64,000 nt of DNA from Anthoceros angustus (lineage: Eukaryota > Plantae > Anthocerotophyta), in NCBI GenBank assembly GCA_010909165.1, contig MU008181.1, forward strand, positions 62,001 through 126,000, given 5' to 3'. The translations under genes were made by a program, and so were the position numbers. Every line of letters begins with the position of its first letter. The first letter of the stretch is position 1. Positions 51,364 through 64,000 of this stretch are shown piece by piece. Below the pieces are notes generated by a model. The model saw only the letters and a program-made list of their open reading frames with translations, was not told the DNA's origin and did no database searches.

Positions 51364-53469
51364 TCAATCTGCCTTCTTAGGTGCCACAGCAGATACCTTG
51401 CTCTTCTTGCTGCTGGACACTTTGTAGTAGACGGACATGAATACACCTTCAGCCCCATACCTGCATGGGAGCATAAAGCCGAGTCAGCTCAGCAAGCTTC
51501 TCTTAGGAGCACGATGTTCAACAGGCCAGCCATGTGTATGGATGGGGGAGGAGAGGGCGCTTACTTCTTACGGACTTGGTTATACAATGTCGGGTTGAAC
51601 ATTGCCCAGAAGGCCTCTTCGGACTGTTCAACAACAGCATAAAGACACTGGTAGCAGCCGTTATCAAGTAGCCACTTCTCCATGTCCTTCGTCGCTTGTG
51701 TGCCATCCCACACCTCCTGCCTGAGGACAGGCCCAGGAACGCCCCAAATGCCAACGTCACACCACATCTGTGCCGTGTCGGTGTCTCCTGGCTGCTTTTT
51801 GAGCTCGTACCCAGGCTCCGTCTGTAGCATCGTGGGCAGTGGTCCTTTGAACAGCCGATGTGGGCACAGCCACAGGGGGTACGTCTGCAACACAAGACGC
51901 AGACAAACAAAGACTCAGAGAGTTTAGGGGTGGTTGAGAACTGACTTCCCTGTTCTTTGCATGCTCAGCACAATTAGAAAAAGGGCACCAACTTGCACAC
52001 CTCAAAGTTCTGGTGGCAGAACTCCAGGCATTCTTCCAGTTTGTGGTTTGGCACGAGCATATCCTGACAGGCATGCCGCTGCTGGTAGTAACTCTGGATA
52101 GCTGGACTTGTCGTCAGCTTCAGCATGCTCACCTGTTTGGCGTTCGTTAGTCACCATCCATGTCGAAGTTAAACCATCAATATGCGAAAACCGTTAGTCA
52201 CGAGACAGCACGCCAACCATATCATATAACAGACCTTAGGAGGCATGAGCCAGCCCAGGAAGAAACGGAACAAGGGATGATTCCCCATGGGCACGACAAG
52301 CCCTCCCTCCCAGTACAGCGAGCGCGTGTGGCGATGATAGTACTGCCGCACAGGCACATACTCCACGAACGCCCCCCTCTCCAGAGCAGTTTCCGTGTGG
52401 ATGTGAAACCAAGGCTTAAACCACCACCCAAAGTTGTTGATGACATTGCCCTTCCGCTTCGCCTCCTCCTTCGTCACATATCTTCCAGTGGTGATCACAG
52501 CCGTGCTCTCAGAAAAAATGATTCCCTCCACGAAATCGGGCACCTGGCAAACAAACGATGCAACGGACCATGATCGGCAGCCTCAATCCCTTCCTTCCTT
52601 CCTTCCTTGCACGAAAACAAAGCAACAATTGAGCCTTACCTTCTCCTTGTTATCCTGATCCATATCGGCGGGGCAGAAGAGCCTCTTGTACTCCCTCGCA
52701 ATATCCCGCAAACTGCCCTTCACAGGCGTGTAAGTCACCTGCATGTAATCCTTAACCGGGATGAGGCGGAACTCCGCGGCCACAACCAGGCCCAGCGAGC
52801 CATGCGACCAGGGAACAGCCCGAAACAGGTCGCTGAACTCGTTGTCCGCAGTAGCCCGCACCAGCCTTCCATCCCCCAACACCATCTCAAACGCGGTGCA
52901 CGACTCCGCAAAAAGGCCGTAGATGTGGCTGCTCCCCTCGATGCCGTAACCATTGATGACGCCTCCCACAGTGAGGTCGTCCAGCTCCGGCAGCACCTCG
53001 GGCGCCAGGCCCAGCGGGAGCGTGGCCGCGCTCACCTCCGCCATGCTCACCATGGGCTCGCATTTCATCACCCTCCGCTCCGCGTCGATCCACACTATGG
53101 ACGCCAGCCCCCCCAGATCCACCGGGTACTTGTACGCGCACCGCTTGTGCTCGGAATTGCGGATGCTCACCCCCAGCCACGGCCTCCTCCCCGTGCAGAT
53201 CAGCCCGGGGGCCTTCACCGGATTCCGCGCCGCCACCCTGTCTTGCACCTGCTGCACCTTCCTCCTGTGCACTGCCTCGCTGGGCGGCCCGTGCAGGAAC
53301 GCCTGGATCGCCGCCCGCCAACGCATGTACTGGTAGAAGAGGAAGGACGCCGGCAGCAGCACCGGGATCACAAAAATCCACCGGAACTGGATGATGAAGT
53401 CGGCTATGGAGGGCGGCCGCCGAGGCCGAGGCCGCGCCCGCCGCTCCCGCTCCCCACTTCCTTCCCCAT
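51364..53469 (-). CDS. DWF1: Delta(24)-sterol reductase (DWF1/DIMINUTO), multi-exon; apparent 1-nt frameshift just after the start codon
   Basis: DFIIQFRWIF; FAD-binding PELDDLTVGGVINGYGIEGSSH; PWSHGSLG; WFKPWF; YPLWLCPHRL; FMSVYYK; TGA 51366-51364. The ATG at 53469 is in frame only if one G is added to the run at 53467-53464. Confidence 0.92.
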
Positions 53470-53482
53470 CTCGCTCTCCTCC

Positions 53483-53511
53483 TCACGTGACCTCCCGTGC
53501 CGATCACGTGA
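53483..53511. promoter_or_regulatory. Twin TCACGTGA G-box palindromes immediately upstream of DWF1
   Basis: TCACGTGA at 53483-53490 and 53504-53511. Confidence 0.45.
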
Positions 53512-53903
53512 CGCAAGGAAAAATTCCCACCACAACCGGGGATGGCCCCCTCTACCGATTCCAAGAAGCAGAACAGAGTAAGGAAAACGTATGACGCAGC
53601 TTCCGCTCAACAATCTTGGCGTGGGCCGGTTTGAAGCATTTCACGCCCGCCCGGGCCGGGCAAGCAATTAATGCACCATACACGGGCAGGACAGGCCTGG
53701 CGCTGCTGCTGTTTTCCCGCAACAGGGACCGGCTGAGCTGATAAAGCCAGCCGATGCCCCTTCTTGTCCCCGGGAGGCAGGCAGGCTCGCGTGAATGGCC
53801 TCGCTCCTCTGCTCCTCATGGGCCAGGTGCGTAAAAGACGGTTGGTGACGGACACAGGCAGCGCCCGGTAACGGTCTTGCTTTAGCCTTCTTCACTCTCA
53901 ATC

Positions 53904-55141
53904 ATGCAACAATCGGCAGACAAGCTCTCACGGCCTGTGGCTCCAGCCCAAGGCCGCGCCAAGGAAACGAAAGGCCGGGAGAAGAAGAGGAAGAAGAAGG
54001 CGTCGAGGGAAGGGGGGAAATTCCGGTAACTGCCACGGACACAAAATCATGGGCAAGATCCGACAGCGGTGTCCGCTGGTTTTCACTTCACTTACCCATG
54101 ATCCCTCGTCGTCCTTCACAACGTTGGTTAAGCCAGTTAACTCTCGGAACCTGAGGTCTGCGGTTCGAATCACTCCTCGCATAACGAACGGACTCTGCAT
54201 CTGCAGTAGAAGCAGAAGCAGAAGCAGGAGTGCATTAAATTGTCGACCTGGAGTGCTAGATCTGTGCAGATCTCCATCATGGGGAGCGCTCAGCTGCAGG
54301 CAAACCAGCTCGGGACACTTCTTGAACTCCGCCCTCTGGTACTGGCTCGTATTGAACCTGGCATTGAATGTGTGCCGGTATGGCTGCAGCTTTCGCGGTA
54401 GGCAGCATGTATGAAGACAGTACCTCGCTTTCTCATCAGCCTCTCGCCGCCATTGAATGGCCGGTCCATATCGCACCGGCTTCTGAAGCGCGTGCTGATG
54501 ACCCTGTCCTTCTATGTACGTATGTGTCGGTGTACAAAGCAAGAGATGCGTTAGTTTCTTTTCTCAAGGAAAGAGGACATGGGCGAACCATCTTTAGACT
54601 AGAAGGACATGGAAGGGAGACCTCAGGGGTCGCAGCAGAGAAAGGAGCAACTAAGGTGCATGTCTGATGAAGTCATCTATTGAAGCTCCATGTCAGTGTA
54701 CTGCTCTTCTGCTTTGCACTTTGCACGTTGCTTGTGGGTGAGCGCTTTTAGGGTTTGTTTCCGACGGGCTGGGATGAGAAGCGAGCCACCGACTGGTGGC
54801 CCAGCATTTCCGGGGCCTCGGACATTGTCCACCTGGATAACCGCGATAACTGCTGGAGGAGATGGTCCTGTGGTAACGCTGCATCCACGCTGCCTGCTTT
54901 CATTCGACTGGGCCAGCACCAGCAGCCAAACCAACCGAGCAGTGCTGCAGATCTGAGCTGCAGATCAGGAGCTGGGGGCCGGTGGACTGTGACTATCTTG
55001 GACTCGCAGTTTGCTGACAATATACGACTCAGCCCCACCAGACACGCTGGAGGGGATAACCGCACAGCACAGTGCAGGGTCCAGTACCAAAAACTCGCAT
55101 GCTCAACACATGCGGCAAACAATGTGTCCGAGGAGCTATGA
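53904..55141. other. Unresolved possible small gene (strand and product not established)
   Basis: Long ORFs and plausible splice signals on both strands, but no consistent model or recognised motif. Confidence 0.2.
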
Positions 55142-55267
55142 GTACATGGCCGGATCTGCGTCCTGGCGCCCTGGGTTGTTCAGATTTTCCTGCATCCTTG
55201 GTAATCTGGAACCGAGGGGTGGGTTGAGTTCACACATCAAAGGAGGGAAGGTTGCAGCCGGCGTTAG

Positions 55268-58200
55268 TTAGGAGGCAGGTGCATCTTGGGCTTCATCACC
55301 ATTAGGTGGTGGGTCTTGGGACGACGACGAAGGTACAGATGACAAAATCCTTTCCCTCAGGCCCTTGGCTAGTTCACTCATGTCGGCGAACTGAGCTGAA
55401 AGTTTCTGGGATCTTGTAACATGAGGGGAGTAACACCTGCTAATGAGCCTGTTTGCGACGCTCAGGCTCTGTCTTAAAGTATGGCTGGTCAGTGTGAGCA
55501 ATGACAAAATTGCTGAGGACGTGGTTGGCAGTGCTGTCAGGCGGGACAGCAGAGTCAAAGCTTCTCGTAGCAAGCTTGCTCTGCAAGGTAGAGAGGGACA
55601 TGGTTAGCCCATTGCAAGTGAAGACACGGTATGAGGTAGGAGGAGAGAAGTCAGTGTCATGTACCTTTCTGCATTGGCCTCTGATCTGGTGAACCTCAGG
55701 CTGTGTTCTTCCTCCTCCTCAGCATCAAGCTCTGAATCAATCAAGGAAACAAGCTGCCACGGGAGGGAGTTTGTTTTCTGTGTGCCACTGGCTTTAGCTT
55801 GGCTTTTAGAGGTGCTAACTCTGACTCCACTACCTCTGCCATTTCCCCTCTTCAATGGCACAGCATCAGTGGAATCTCCGGCAGTGTGTGCCCCATTTTG
55901 CATCTTCTTCGACAACTCCTGTTTGCACGCACGGGAGGCTCGCAATGTATGTAGTAAGGTTGCAGCCCCCATGTCCCCGGATGAGGCCAGAAAGGTTAAA
56001 ACTCTCACAGCACTTCTTCGAAGGGCATACTCCTGCAGTATGTCACATTGTTACAGAGCTGCGAGAGGGATGAAACACTCACAGGTAAACCATGCACGGC
56101 AGATAGGATGTACCTCCAGTCTGGTTCCAGTGAATGTCAAGCAGGCTGACAGGCCATCTAGTATGTCTTCAGCGCGGTCCGCAGTAGCTGTAGCAGAAGG
56201 AGTTGCGTCAGGCCTGCCCTCTTCAGTTGTCACCACTCTTCCCTCCATTCTCTCCTCAAGCCCATTGTCTACCTCCATATCCTCCGGAGCCCTGACTTGC
56301 AGTTTGCCACCATCTTCTGTGGTGCCCGTGGCCGTTGTTTCAAGACCATTGCTAGTAGTGCAGAAGCTCTTGTATATCTCCGGACCTGGCAGAGACTCGA
56401 CACACATGAGGTGTCACGGGAGGTTTCACCTACTGCTTTCAATCAAGATAACCTCCAGGCGAAGATGTGACTGGCAAATGCCAAACCGAAAGACCAGCAA
56501 GCTACTCACAATGCAACAGCAGGAGAACAATCCTCACAGCGCAATGCTGAACCTCAGGCTCAGCCTTTTTATGCAGAACGGAAGCTAAACTGCCATCAAA
56601 TAGCAAAACACCAAACCTGCAAACAAGACAAAGGCTTAAGCCACATGGATCCACAGTGACGGTGGTTCTTGAGAAGTAGTTCTTCGAACAGATGCGGCAA
56701 CAAAAACTAACCGTGCTCTAGTGGTTAGCGCTTCAGTGTGAGCTACGAGTAGCTTGATAATAGCAGCCGCCTCAGCTTGAAGCTGAGGGCTGGATGAACT
56801 GGAGATCTTATTGAAAATCCAGGCTATGAAAGCATTATTCCCACCGGACATATCTGCAATCTCCGAAGGGCCTTGATCTTCTGGAATATGAGATTCAGTT
56901 GCGTTTCCTTGACGAACCTCTACATGGTCCTGGTCCTTCGCTAATGACTGCTTTGAGACCGCCATGTCTGCCTTCACAGTATCCTGCCCTTTAATTTGGC
57001 AGAAAATTCTTGGGGAGGAGAAAACTGGAACACCGGTAGCAGATGCTGGATCATTTTTACTTATCCACCAACCTTGTCTTGCATAACTGTCATGAGAGCC
57101 AACAGGGCCAAGAGAGCCTGTTTGTCTTTTGACGCTGGAGTGAGAAAGGCTGTTTTCGACAACAGAGGAACCTGTGAGAAAATATTTCCAGCCACCAAAA
57201 CGTTGAAACACTTTCACATACTGCTTATAGGCATAGCTTCAACATACCCGTTAAGCACTGCATCTCGACACAAGCTGTCCTGTTGCAACACGTGTCGCAG
57301 AGTATGCAGTGCACACCACACCACTTCTGGCTGTCAACAAACAGCCAGGAGAGTTAATTCCCCTAAAAGCCCTGGTTTTCAGACGTTCACATGATCCTAC
57401 AGAGGTCAAAGAGAGACTAACATTGGTGGCATGGCAGAACTCCAACAAGGGAGTAATAATGATCACGGGCGACGCTGTCCTACTGGCTATCTGCACAGCA
57501 GGCAAAAACAGATCGTACCCTTAGCATAAGGTCTGGTCAGTAAACAAGAGACTCATCATTTTCACCAACCATTGCTAGCAAGCCGAGCATTGGTGAACCT
57601 ATTTTCATGCAATTCCCACACATCAAACATTTCGAGAATTGACTCCAGGAAACAAGCTCAAAGCTCAGCAGCTCCTCCAAAGTGCGAGTCAATACCTTTG
57701 AGATTGCATTGTGAAGTTTCAACGAAGTGGATGGCATAGTGTCTGGATGTGCCCTGTCAGCACTCTTCCGTTTTCTGCTCTGGGTACCTGAATAGATGAC
57801 AGTTGCAGCATCCTCCTGGACACCTGAATCCGCTGCATTTAGCAAAACATAAACTTCCTGGCGAGAAGCTGTGAGCAATTTTGGAAGAATGCCCACAGTG
57901 TCTTCCTTTACGACTTGCAGTCCCCATAGTTGTTGCAACGAATACTTAGTTTCCAATATTCTCTGGCTCGCTAGATCTGATACCGTTGCCCCTGCTTCTT
58001 CAACTGCAGCCCCTAAGGGCACGTCAGCCCTTGCTGATACAGTTTCCTCGGTCTGCAGCAGAAGCTCACACCAATATTAGTGGTTAAGCATGAGATTTTA
58101 GCTGGGTGCTTGTACTCAAAATTCTCACTAAAATCTCATCCCAACATACCTGCATGTCATAATCCACCTTCTCTTTGCCCTTGGCAGATACACCACCTGT

Positions 58201-60007
58201 GAACAGCACTGCTGCATTGTTTATGATACCAAACGCGATGGTTAACAGAACAGCTCTACAAATGACAATACTTCTTGACAGAGATGGAGAACCTGAGTCT
58301 GGAGGTGGTCTACTGGGACAGGTAACTATACTCTCAGCATTGCGATCCCCTTGATGCTCCACAGGGCTGGAATGAGCCAGCATATTCACGTCTTCTTCCT
58401 TCACATCGCCATTAATTTGCACTTGCCGTCTCTCTTGTTCATCTAGTTCAATTTGCCTGCAGAAGCAACACATTCACAACACAAAATAAGATTGGCAAAA
58501 GGAACCTTGGATAACAGGTGCAGTTTTTATAACCTGCTTAGCTTCAAGGATTCAAGTTCTTGTTTAGTCGCAGCAAGAGCTGCCAGAGTTGCCTTCAATT
58601 CTTCCTCCTTATTTGATCGTGCTCTCTTTGCTTCCAAAAGTTCCTGATCCTGTCCCACGTGCAGAATCATTAGCACAGCGAAATCTCGTCACTTTGAAAT
58701 ATATAGAGATTAAGTGCCCAGCCAACCTTAAACAGAAGCTCTGATGACATGCGATTCAACTCCCGCTGCAGGTCGAAAATTCCAGCAACGAAGTCAGCAG
58801 ATGCCAATATTGGTCATAGGTATCATCCTGCAGTGTCACCTTAGCATCAGGTGTTCATCTAATTCAACCCCACATGCCATCTCCACGATGGAAACGGCAG
58901 ATGGACGACAACAGCTACAGTTCATTCTGTTCAAAGAAGGGGAGCTTTTAATATGCCACCTATACTCTTGGGTTGATCTCTGCAATGGCACACTGATGGA
59001 CATACCTGTTGATCTGGCCCTACATGCCCGTTGCTTTGCCTCCCTCGCATCTTCAGCTCATAGATCTCCTTGTCTGCCTGATATCAGCAAAGCATAGAAG
59101 TCAACAACAAAAGTCGTTCTGAAAAACTTTGCCTAGTATCACACATCCTCGGGGGTCGGAGCAGCAGGTGCACCTGAGAAAGGCGAGACTTCAACAAGGA
59201 CACAGCACCAGTCTTCTCGGCCAGCTCCTCTTGTAGCTTCCTCCTCTCCTCATCAGCTGGCCTTGCACCATAATCAAAGCCCTCTCTGCTCGTCTGGTGG
59301 TGCATTCCCCCTCCTTGAGACCAGGCACGCGCCTCCTGCGAAAACCCAGGTTGTCTGGCCATGGGCGGTGGAGGTGGTGGGGGCATATTCTCATACCCGT
59401 CACGAGCGAATGGGGCTGCCTGCTTCATGGGCTGCGAATTCCCCCAGTTCCCATAGTTCTGGTTAGTACGATTCTGCATTGTTGCAGCCTGAGGAGTTGA
59501 AAACCCACCACCACCTATGACCATATCTGTCGGCTTCTGTTGCACACTCCCCGTTTCATGCCTGTGCTGACTGACATTATTCATTGCCGACCTTGAGTCA
59601 TCCATGGGCGTTGCACCACCCTGCTGAGGAGAATGCTGCCAAATCTTTCCCCCACCTCCACCTGCACCTGGCCCGTACGGGAGCTGCCCTGAGGCAGAGC
59701 CATGACGAGCCTCACTGCCATCCCTTTGCTGCCCGTACCCAGGATTACCAGCCGCTCCGCCTCCGCCTCCCCCTCCCCCTTGCTGAAAAGAGCTTGGATG
59801 GCTCAGCTGACTAACAAACTCCGCATTCCTTGTATAATCAGGATGGGTGGCCGGAGTCTGGAAGTGTCCAGTATTGTTGTACGAGCCCACCCACTGGGCC
59901 TGGGACGCCCGCCTGGCTGCATTCTCCGCTTCAGCCTTCTTCAACAGGTCATCCAACAGGTCCAAGTCCCATGTGTCGTCGTCATCGCCGCCGTAGTCAG
60001 TCGCCAT
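55268..60007 (-). CDS. ATRIP: ATR-interacting protein (plant SUV2-like), multi-exon
   Basis: Acidic N-terminus MATDYGGDDDDTWDLDLLDDL; coiled coil DEERRKLQEELAEK; C-terminus LREALTLLSRL...SSAILSLLT...SLSVANRL...SELAKGLRERI resembles the SUV2 C-terminus; internal exon limits not fully resolved. Confidence 0.75.
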
Positions 60008-60363
60008 CCTAAAGTGCCCTCACCATGCACCTGCCCCAACCATTTCCTTCATGCTCCACCCTAGCCCCACAGCCCGCAACTCCTGCCACTCAAATCCCAA
60101 GTGCCACCTCTCATCGCAGACCAGAGTCTCCCTGCATCCAGAGTCTCCAACCATTCAAATCCTAAACCCAGTTCTCCAAAATCCGATGACTACAAACATT
60201 CATCGCCTAATGACTGGAAGTCCGCGCATTGGTTGGTATCACAAAGCACAAGGATGACTAAAAACGACATCCGCTTCTCAGCACTACGGTTCTATCAATC
60301 CCATTGCTCAAGGCCAAGCCCCAACCAGCAGCACCAGTTGCAGCAGAGCAACGCAACCGAACT

Positions 60364-60373
60364 GCGCGGGAAC
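60364..60373 (-). promoter_or_regulatory. E2F-like GTTCCCGCGC in the ATRIP/SPP divergent promoter
   Basis: Consensus similarity only. Confidence 0.3.
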
Positions 60374-60724
60374 TGAAAGTGAGGTTTTGCGTCCGTTTAG
60401 CAAGGGAATGGATGATGAAGCTCCATTTACGGTTTTATAGCGGTGAAAACTGCAGAATGAGATAAGACAGTCTACTCACCACAAAATGGAGACAGACGTG
60501 GGCACCTGACTGGCCTATGCTGAATTGGCCCGTAAGATTCAGGTTCTGAATCTGGTTGCAGCACCACCTGTACTGAATTTTCAGGCTGCTCTCGAGGCTT
60601 AGTGTGTCGAAATCGGCACTTGGGTTGGAGGATTCGGTCCGCATTGCGATAGGGGGCTATTGGGTTGTGGAGATGGGCTTCTCTTGGAGCTGGACTTGAT
60701 AAGCTGCGGACAGGGCCCGGCAAA

Positions 60725-62923
60725 ATGCAGATTCTATCCCACGCTGTGATCGGGAACGCCCATGCCCAATTCTGCCAGCCTCGATTTCCAGGAAGGGCGC
60801 CACAGAGGGGTGTGGTCAGGAAGGCCTGTGCTCTCCACAGGCCGTCGAGTGGTGCCTGCATTTTCCGGGTCCTTGGTAGAAGGTGGCATGACCCTGTTTT
60901 GAAGGTAGCTGTGCTGGGTGTAGCACGAAGGATACAGTTGCCGTCTGGTGCTCCCCTGCTGTGCGCGCAGAAGGATGCTCCTGCCGAGGGTGAGAGCGAG
61001 GGTAGCTTGGATGAGCTGGATCAGAGTCTGGAAGAGGTGTTCGACGGATGGCAGTGGAGGGACACACCAACAGAGCTGGTATTGTGCCGGTGCTTTTTGG
61101 TTTTATCTTGTCTGCTACAGTATGGATTAATGAAGGAGAATCGGTGCAACAGGTAGCGTACGCATTGTTGCTGGCGGCAGTTCCTGTCGTGCCCCTGCTG
61201 CCTCGGTTTCAATGGACTGGGAGCTTTTACTTCCTCTTCCTGGCCTTGTGGTCTGTATATGTAGGGAGCCATCGAAGGTAACCTGTTGGTCCTTCATGCC
61301 CACTCTCATGCTCTGGCTATTTCCTGTCTTGTGTGCCTCCCTACATCTGGCTGCCTGTGGTGCAGCTTGGCAAAGAAGAAGGCACAAAAGCTGTCTCTGA
61401 AGCAAGGCTTGGCAGTACCGATTTTCTGCTCCTTCTCCCTGTTCGGCTTCTATTGCCTGCTACGATTTTTCCCAGACCTGAATGTGAGGGCGTTCATTTC
61501 AGCTTACCTGGGAATAGCTGGAACTCTGGCTGTAGCAAGCAATCTTGTGGGACCTCTGCAGTCTATCCTTCCTGATGGGAGCCGCCGTGTGCAACGCATT
61601 GGTAGGAATGCTCAATCTCTTTTGCCCTGTTTCTGTGGAAACTGAATTTGCCACTTCAGTTTCCACGGCAGGTTTCAACATGTGCCTCATGTTGATGCTA
61701 ATTGCTGTGTGGGATATCAGAGCTACCTTCATGGCTGGTAGTGGATGAAGGCAGGCCTGTACATTTCACGGTGACCCAAGCAGACATCGTCGCAACTCTT
61801 GGTACTCCTGTCCATCACACTCATCTGGTGTTATGAGAGTTATCAGTGTTTTGTGAAACAATGTCATGCACTGACGCCCTTGCGCTTCTCGATGACAGTT
61901 GCCATTTCCGTTGCTGTTGGGAGCAAACAAGCGGGGGCCCCTTTCACCCTGAATAATCTCATGGCTGTTTGCATTGCCACTGAGGTCCTCCAGCTCTTGT
62001 CTCTAGGAAGGTGGTCAATCGATTCGGATACAACGTTTTGCCTTCACACCTCTTGAGCTTATGTTTCCTTTCTGTCCAAGTGTGCTGATGGACTTCGTGC
62101 TCGGGTGCAGTTTCACCATAGCTGCTGTTATGCTCTCGGGACTGCTTCTGTACGATGTCTTCTGGGTGTTCGGCTCATCACACGTTTTCGGTGACAATGT
62201 CATGCTGAAAGTAAGGGAAGGGACAACAGACAAAAACAGAGCACTTTCTACCCTATCCAAGCATTTGTGAAACTCGGACGATCTAACTCTCCGTCTTCGC
62301 TGTTGTGAAGGTGGCGACATCGGATGCTTTTGATGGACCAATGAAGCTCATCTTTCCGAGAGTACGTTCAGTCATGACTTTTTTGGGCAGTGAACCATGA
62401 GGCCATTGTACTGACTGCACAAATGCGTTGCAGGCTAATACCGTGACCGATTATGCCATTCTAGGCTTGGGTGACGTTGCTGCACCAGGGCTTTTGATTG
62501 CGCTCATGCTGCGATTCGATCGAGCCAGGGCGAAGCTGTCAGGAGAAGACAACGAACTTCAATCCGAGCAGGAGAGCACTCCTGATAAAACCTACTTCAT
62601 CACTTGTATATCTGCCTACGTCTTCGGACTCACTCTTACTGTTGGTAAGCCTAATGCAACGATTTTGTTGTTTGTCCTGGTGTCACAGCAAAGCAAGTGG
62701 TCGAAACTCATGAGTCCTTGTTCTGTGGAAACTGACAGTGGCAAATTCAGTTTCCGGAGCAGCACAGCCAGCGCTGCTTTACCTAGTCCCTTCCCTCCTG
62801 TTCGGGGTGTTCCTTGTCGCAGCTTCCCGATCAGAAGCCTCTCTGTTACTGGAGTTCAAGGACGACGTGTCCCTATCTCCGGTTGCTGTCCAGACCGAGG
62901 AAGGGGTAGACCAAGGGAAGTAG
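60725..62923 (+). CDS. Signal peptide peptidase-like GxGD intramembrane aspartyl protease with a long N-terminal extension, multi-exon
   Basis: Catalytic LLLYDVFWVF and LGLGD, QPALLYLVP motif, multiple TM segments; no PA domain; ATG 60725 is inferred. Confidence 0.9.
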
Positions 62924-63387
62924 GTGGAGCTTGCATTTGCTGTCCAAGGTGCATATGGAAAGAAGCTCAGGCTTTTTCATTCTCAGGAGACTCCCGACCG
63001 GGCAGTGGGCGAACTGGTCTGAAAACTCCAACCCCCGTGGCTTCTTGGAGCTCCCGTCCGACTCATCCTACCAACATCCCGACAAGGCCAGACACGTATC
63101 ATGCAGCGCCATGGATACCCAGATGATGAGTCTCCTCCATCTGCAAGCATTGGCAGGCCATGGCGCTCATGAGGACAAGGATGCCTGATGTCTAGCGACG
63201 AGGACAAGTGGAGAAGGATGGCTGCATGATTAACCCCAGTCCCCATGATCAACATGAACAAATATACGTGTGTATGGAGGAACATAAGCCTCCTAAACCA
63301 GGCTCACCACTGCATCACACAATAGGCGGATAGCTTACTCCAGTAGCTTAGGGAAGAGCACAGTTTTAGTCCAGGCTACAGCAGTAA

Positions 63388-63522
63388 TCCACAAAGAACA
63401 CTGCGTTAATATAATTTGCAAACAAAAGCTTAACAAAGAATACATTATCACTAGTAGTCCACAAAGAACACTGCCTTAATATAATTTGCAAACAAGAGCT
63501 TAACAAAGAATACATTATCACT
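63388..63522. repeat. 70-bp tandem duplication
   Basis: TCCACAAAGAACACTGC starts at 63388 and 63458. Confidence 0.85.
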
Positions 63523-63925
63523 CTTAGTATCGGTGAGCTTTGGTCATATCATTTATGCACCTAGATACGGAAAAACCCGACCATCATCCCTCTCGGTCGG
63601 GAACCTTTTCATTCTTCTAGTGATGGTGAATACGAGGATAACTAAAGCTCACATAGATTGAAGTTCTGAGTGGATAGCTACTCAACGAGCAATACAAACA
63701 GAACTTGAAGATATGATTGCATAGCTACTCAAAAGGCAATACAAACCAAGGGTGCTCGTCAATTTCCCTCAAGCTCTAATATGGGTTAGATCATTTGTAG
63801 TATCAAGATATGAAAAGACTCAACACTAAAACTTATTTACCTCATGGTTACTATGACATCAAATAAGGCCAGCAAAGCCTTTCCTCATATTCATCTCTAA
63901 GAGATTCTAACATAGACATTTGTTA

Positions 63926-64000
63926 GGCCCGTTTGGTATAAGTGACGGTAAGTCAAATTAAGGTTCTAGCCCTTTATTTATGGTATAAATGATGTAAGTC
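63926..64000 (+). mobile_element. Possible left end of a PIF/Tourist-type element, truncated by the window
   Basis: TTA followed by GGCCCGTTTGG, matching the typical TSD and TIR start; partner end not visible. Confidence 0.35.

Noticed and set aside
52607-53581. Long antisense or alternate-frame ORFs (also 3491-4033, 49233-49763, 50186-51046, 55659-56588)
   Set aside because: They shadow GC-rich real exons, have low-complexity composition and show no motifs

Overview
Eukaryotic nuclear DNA from a land plant with a compact genome (GC-rich exons, roughly 60-110 nt GT-AG introns). A non-seed plant such as a hornwort or lycophyte is plausible, but the species cannot be determined from sequence. 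Gene-dense blocks carry FAN1 (truncated at the left edge), an F-box gene, a CYP23-type cyclophilin, tRNA-Asn, a GNA-type lectin pseudogene, a subtilase, a RING-H2 gene, a PPR gene, a head-to-head ERGIC2-like/ERGIC3 pair, CDCA7, SKA2, SHORT-ROOT, DWF1, ATRIP/SUV2 and a signal-peptide-peptidase-like gene. These alternate with two accessory islands. The first (about 12.3-18.6 kb) holds CRE-like non-LTR remnants, tandem arrays, hairpins and RING ORFs. The second (about 29.5-46.3 kb) holds a PIF/Harbinger element with an internally inverted transposase and an 8.7 kb CACTA element with both TIRs and a TSD. Several single-base frameshifts fall in G/C homopolymers, so some disruptions and near-perfect duplications may be assembly errors. 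The most interesting observations are the divergent pair of ERGIC complex subunits, a CCHC zinc knuckle fused to a PPR, an SPP with a transit-peptide-like extension, retroelement 3' tails arrayed with a repeated spacer, and a triplicated SKA2 terminal exon. No prokaryote-style system (CRISPR, operon) is supported. All family assignments come from motif recognition; no database search was run.
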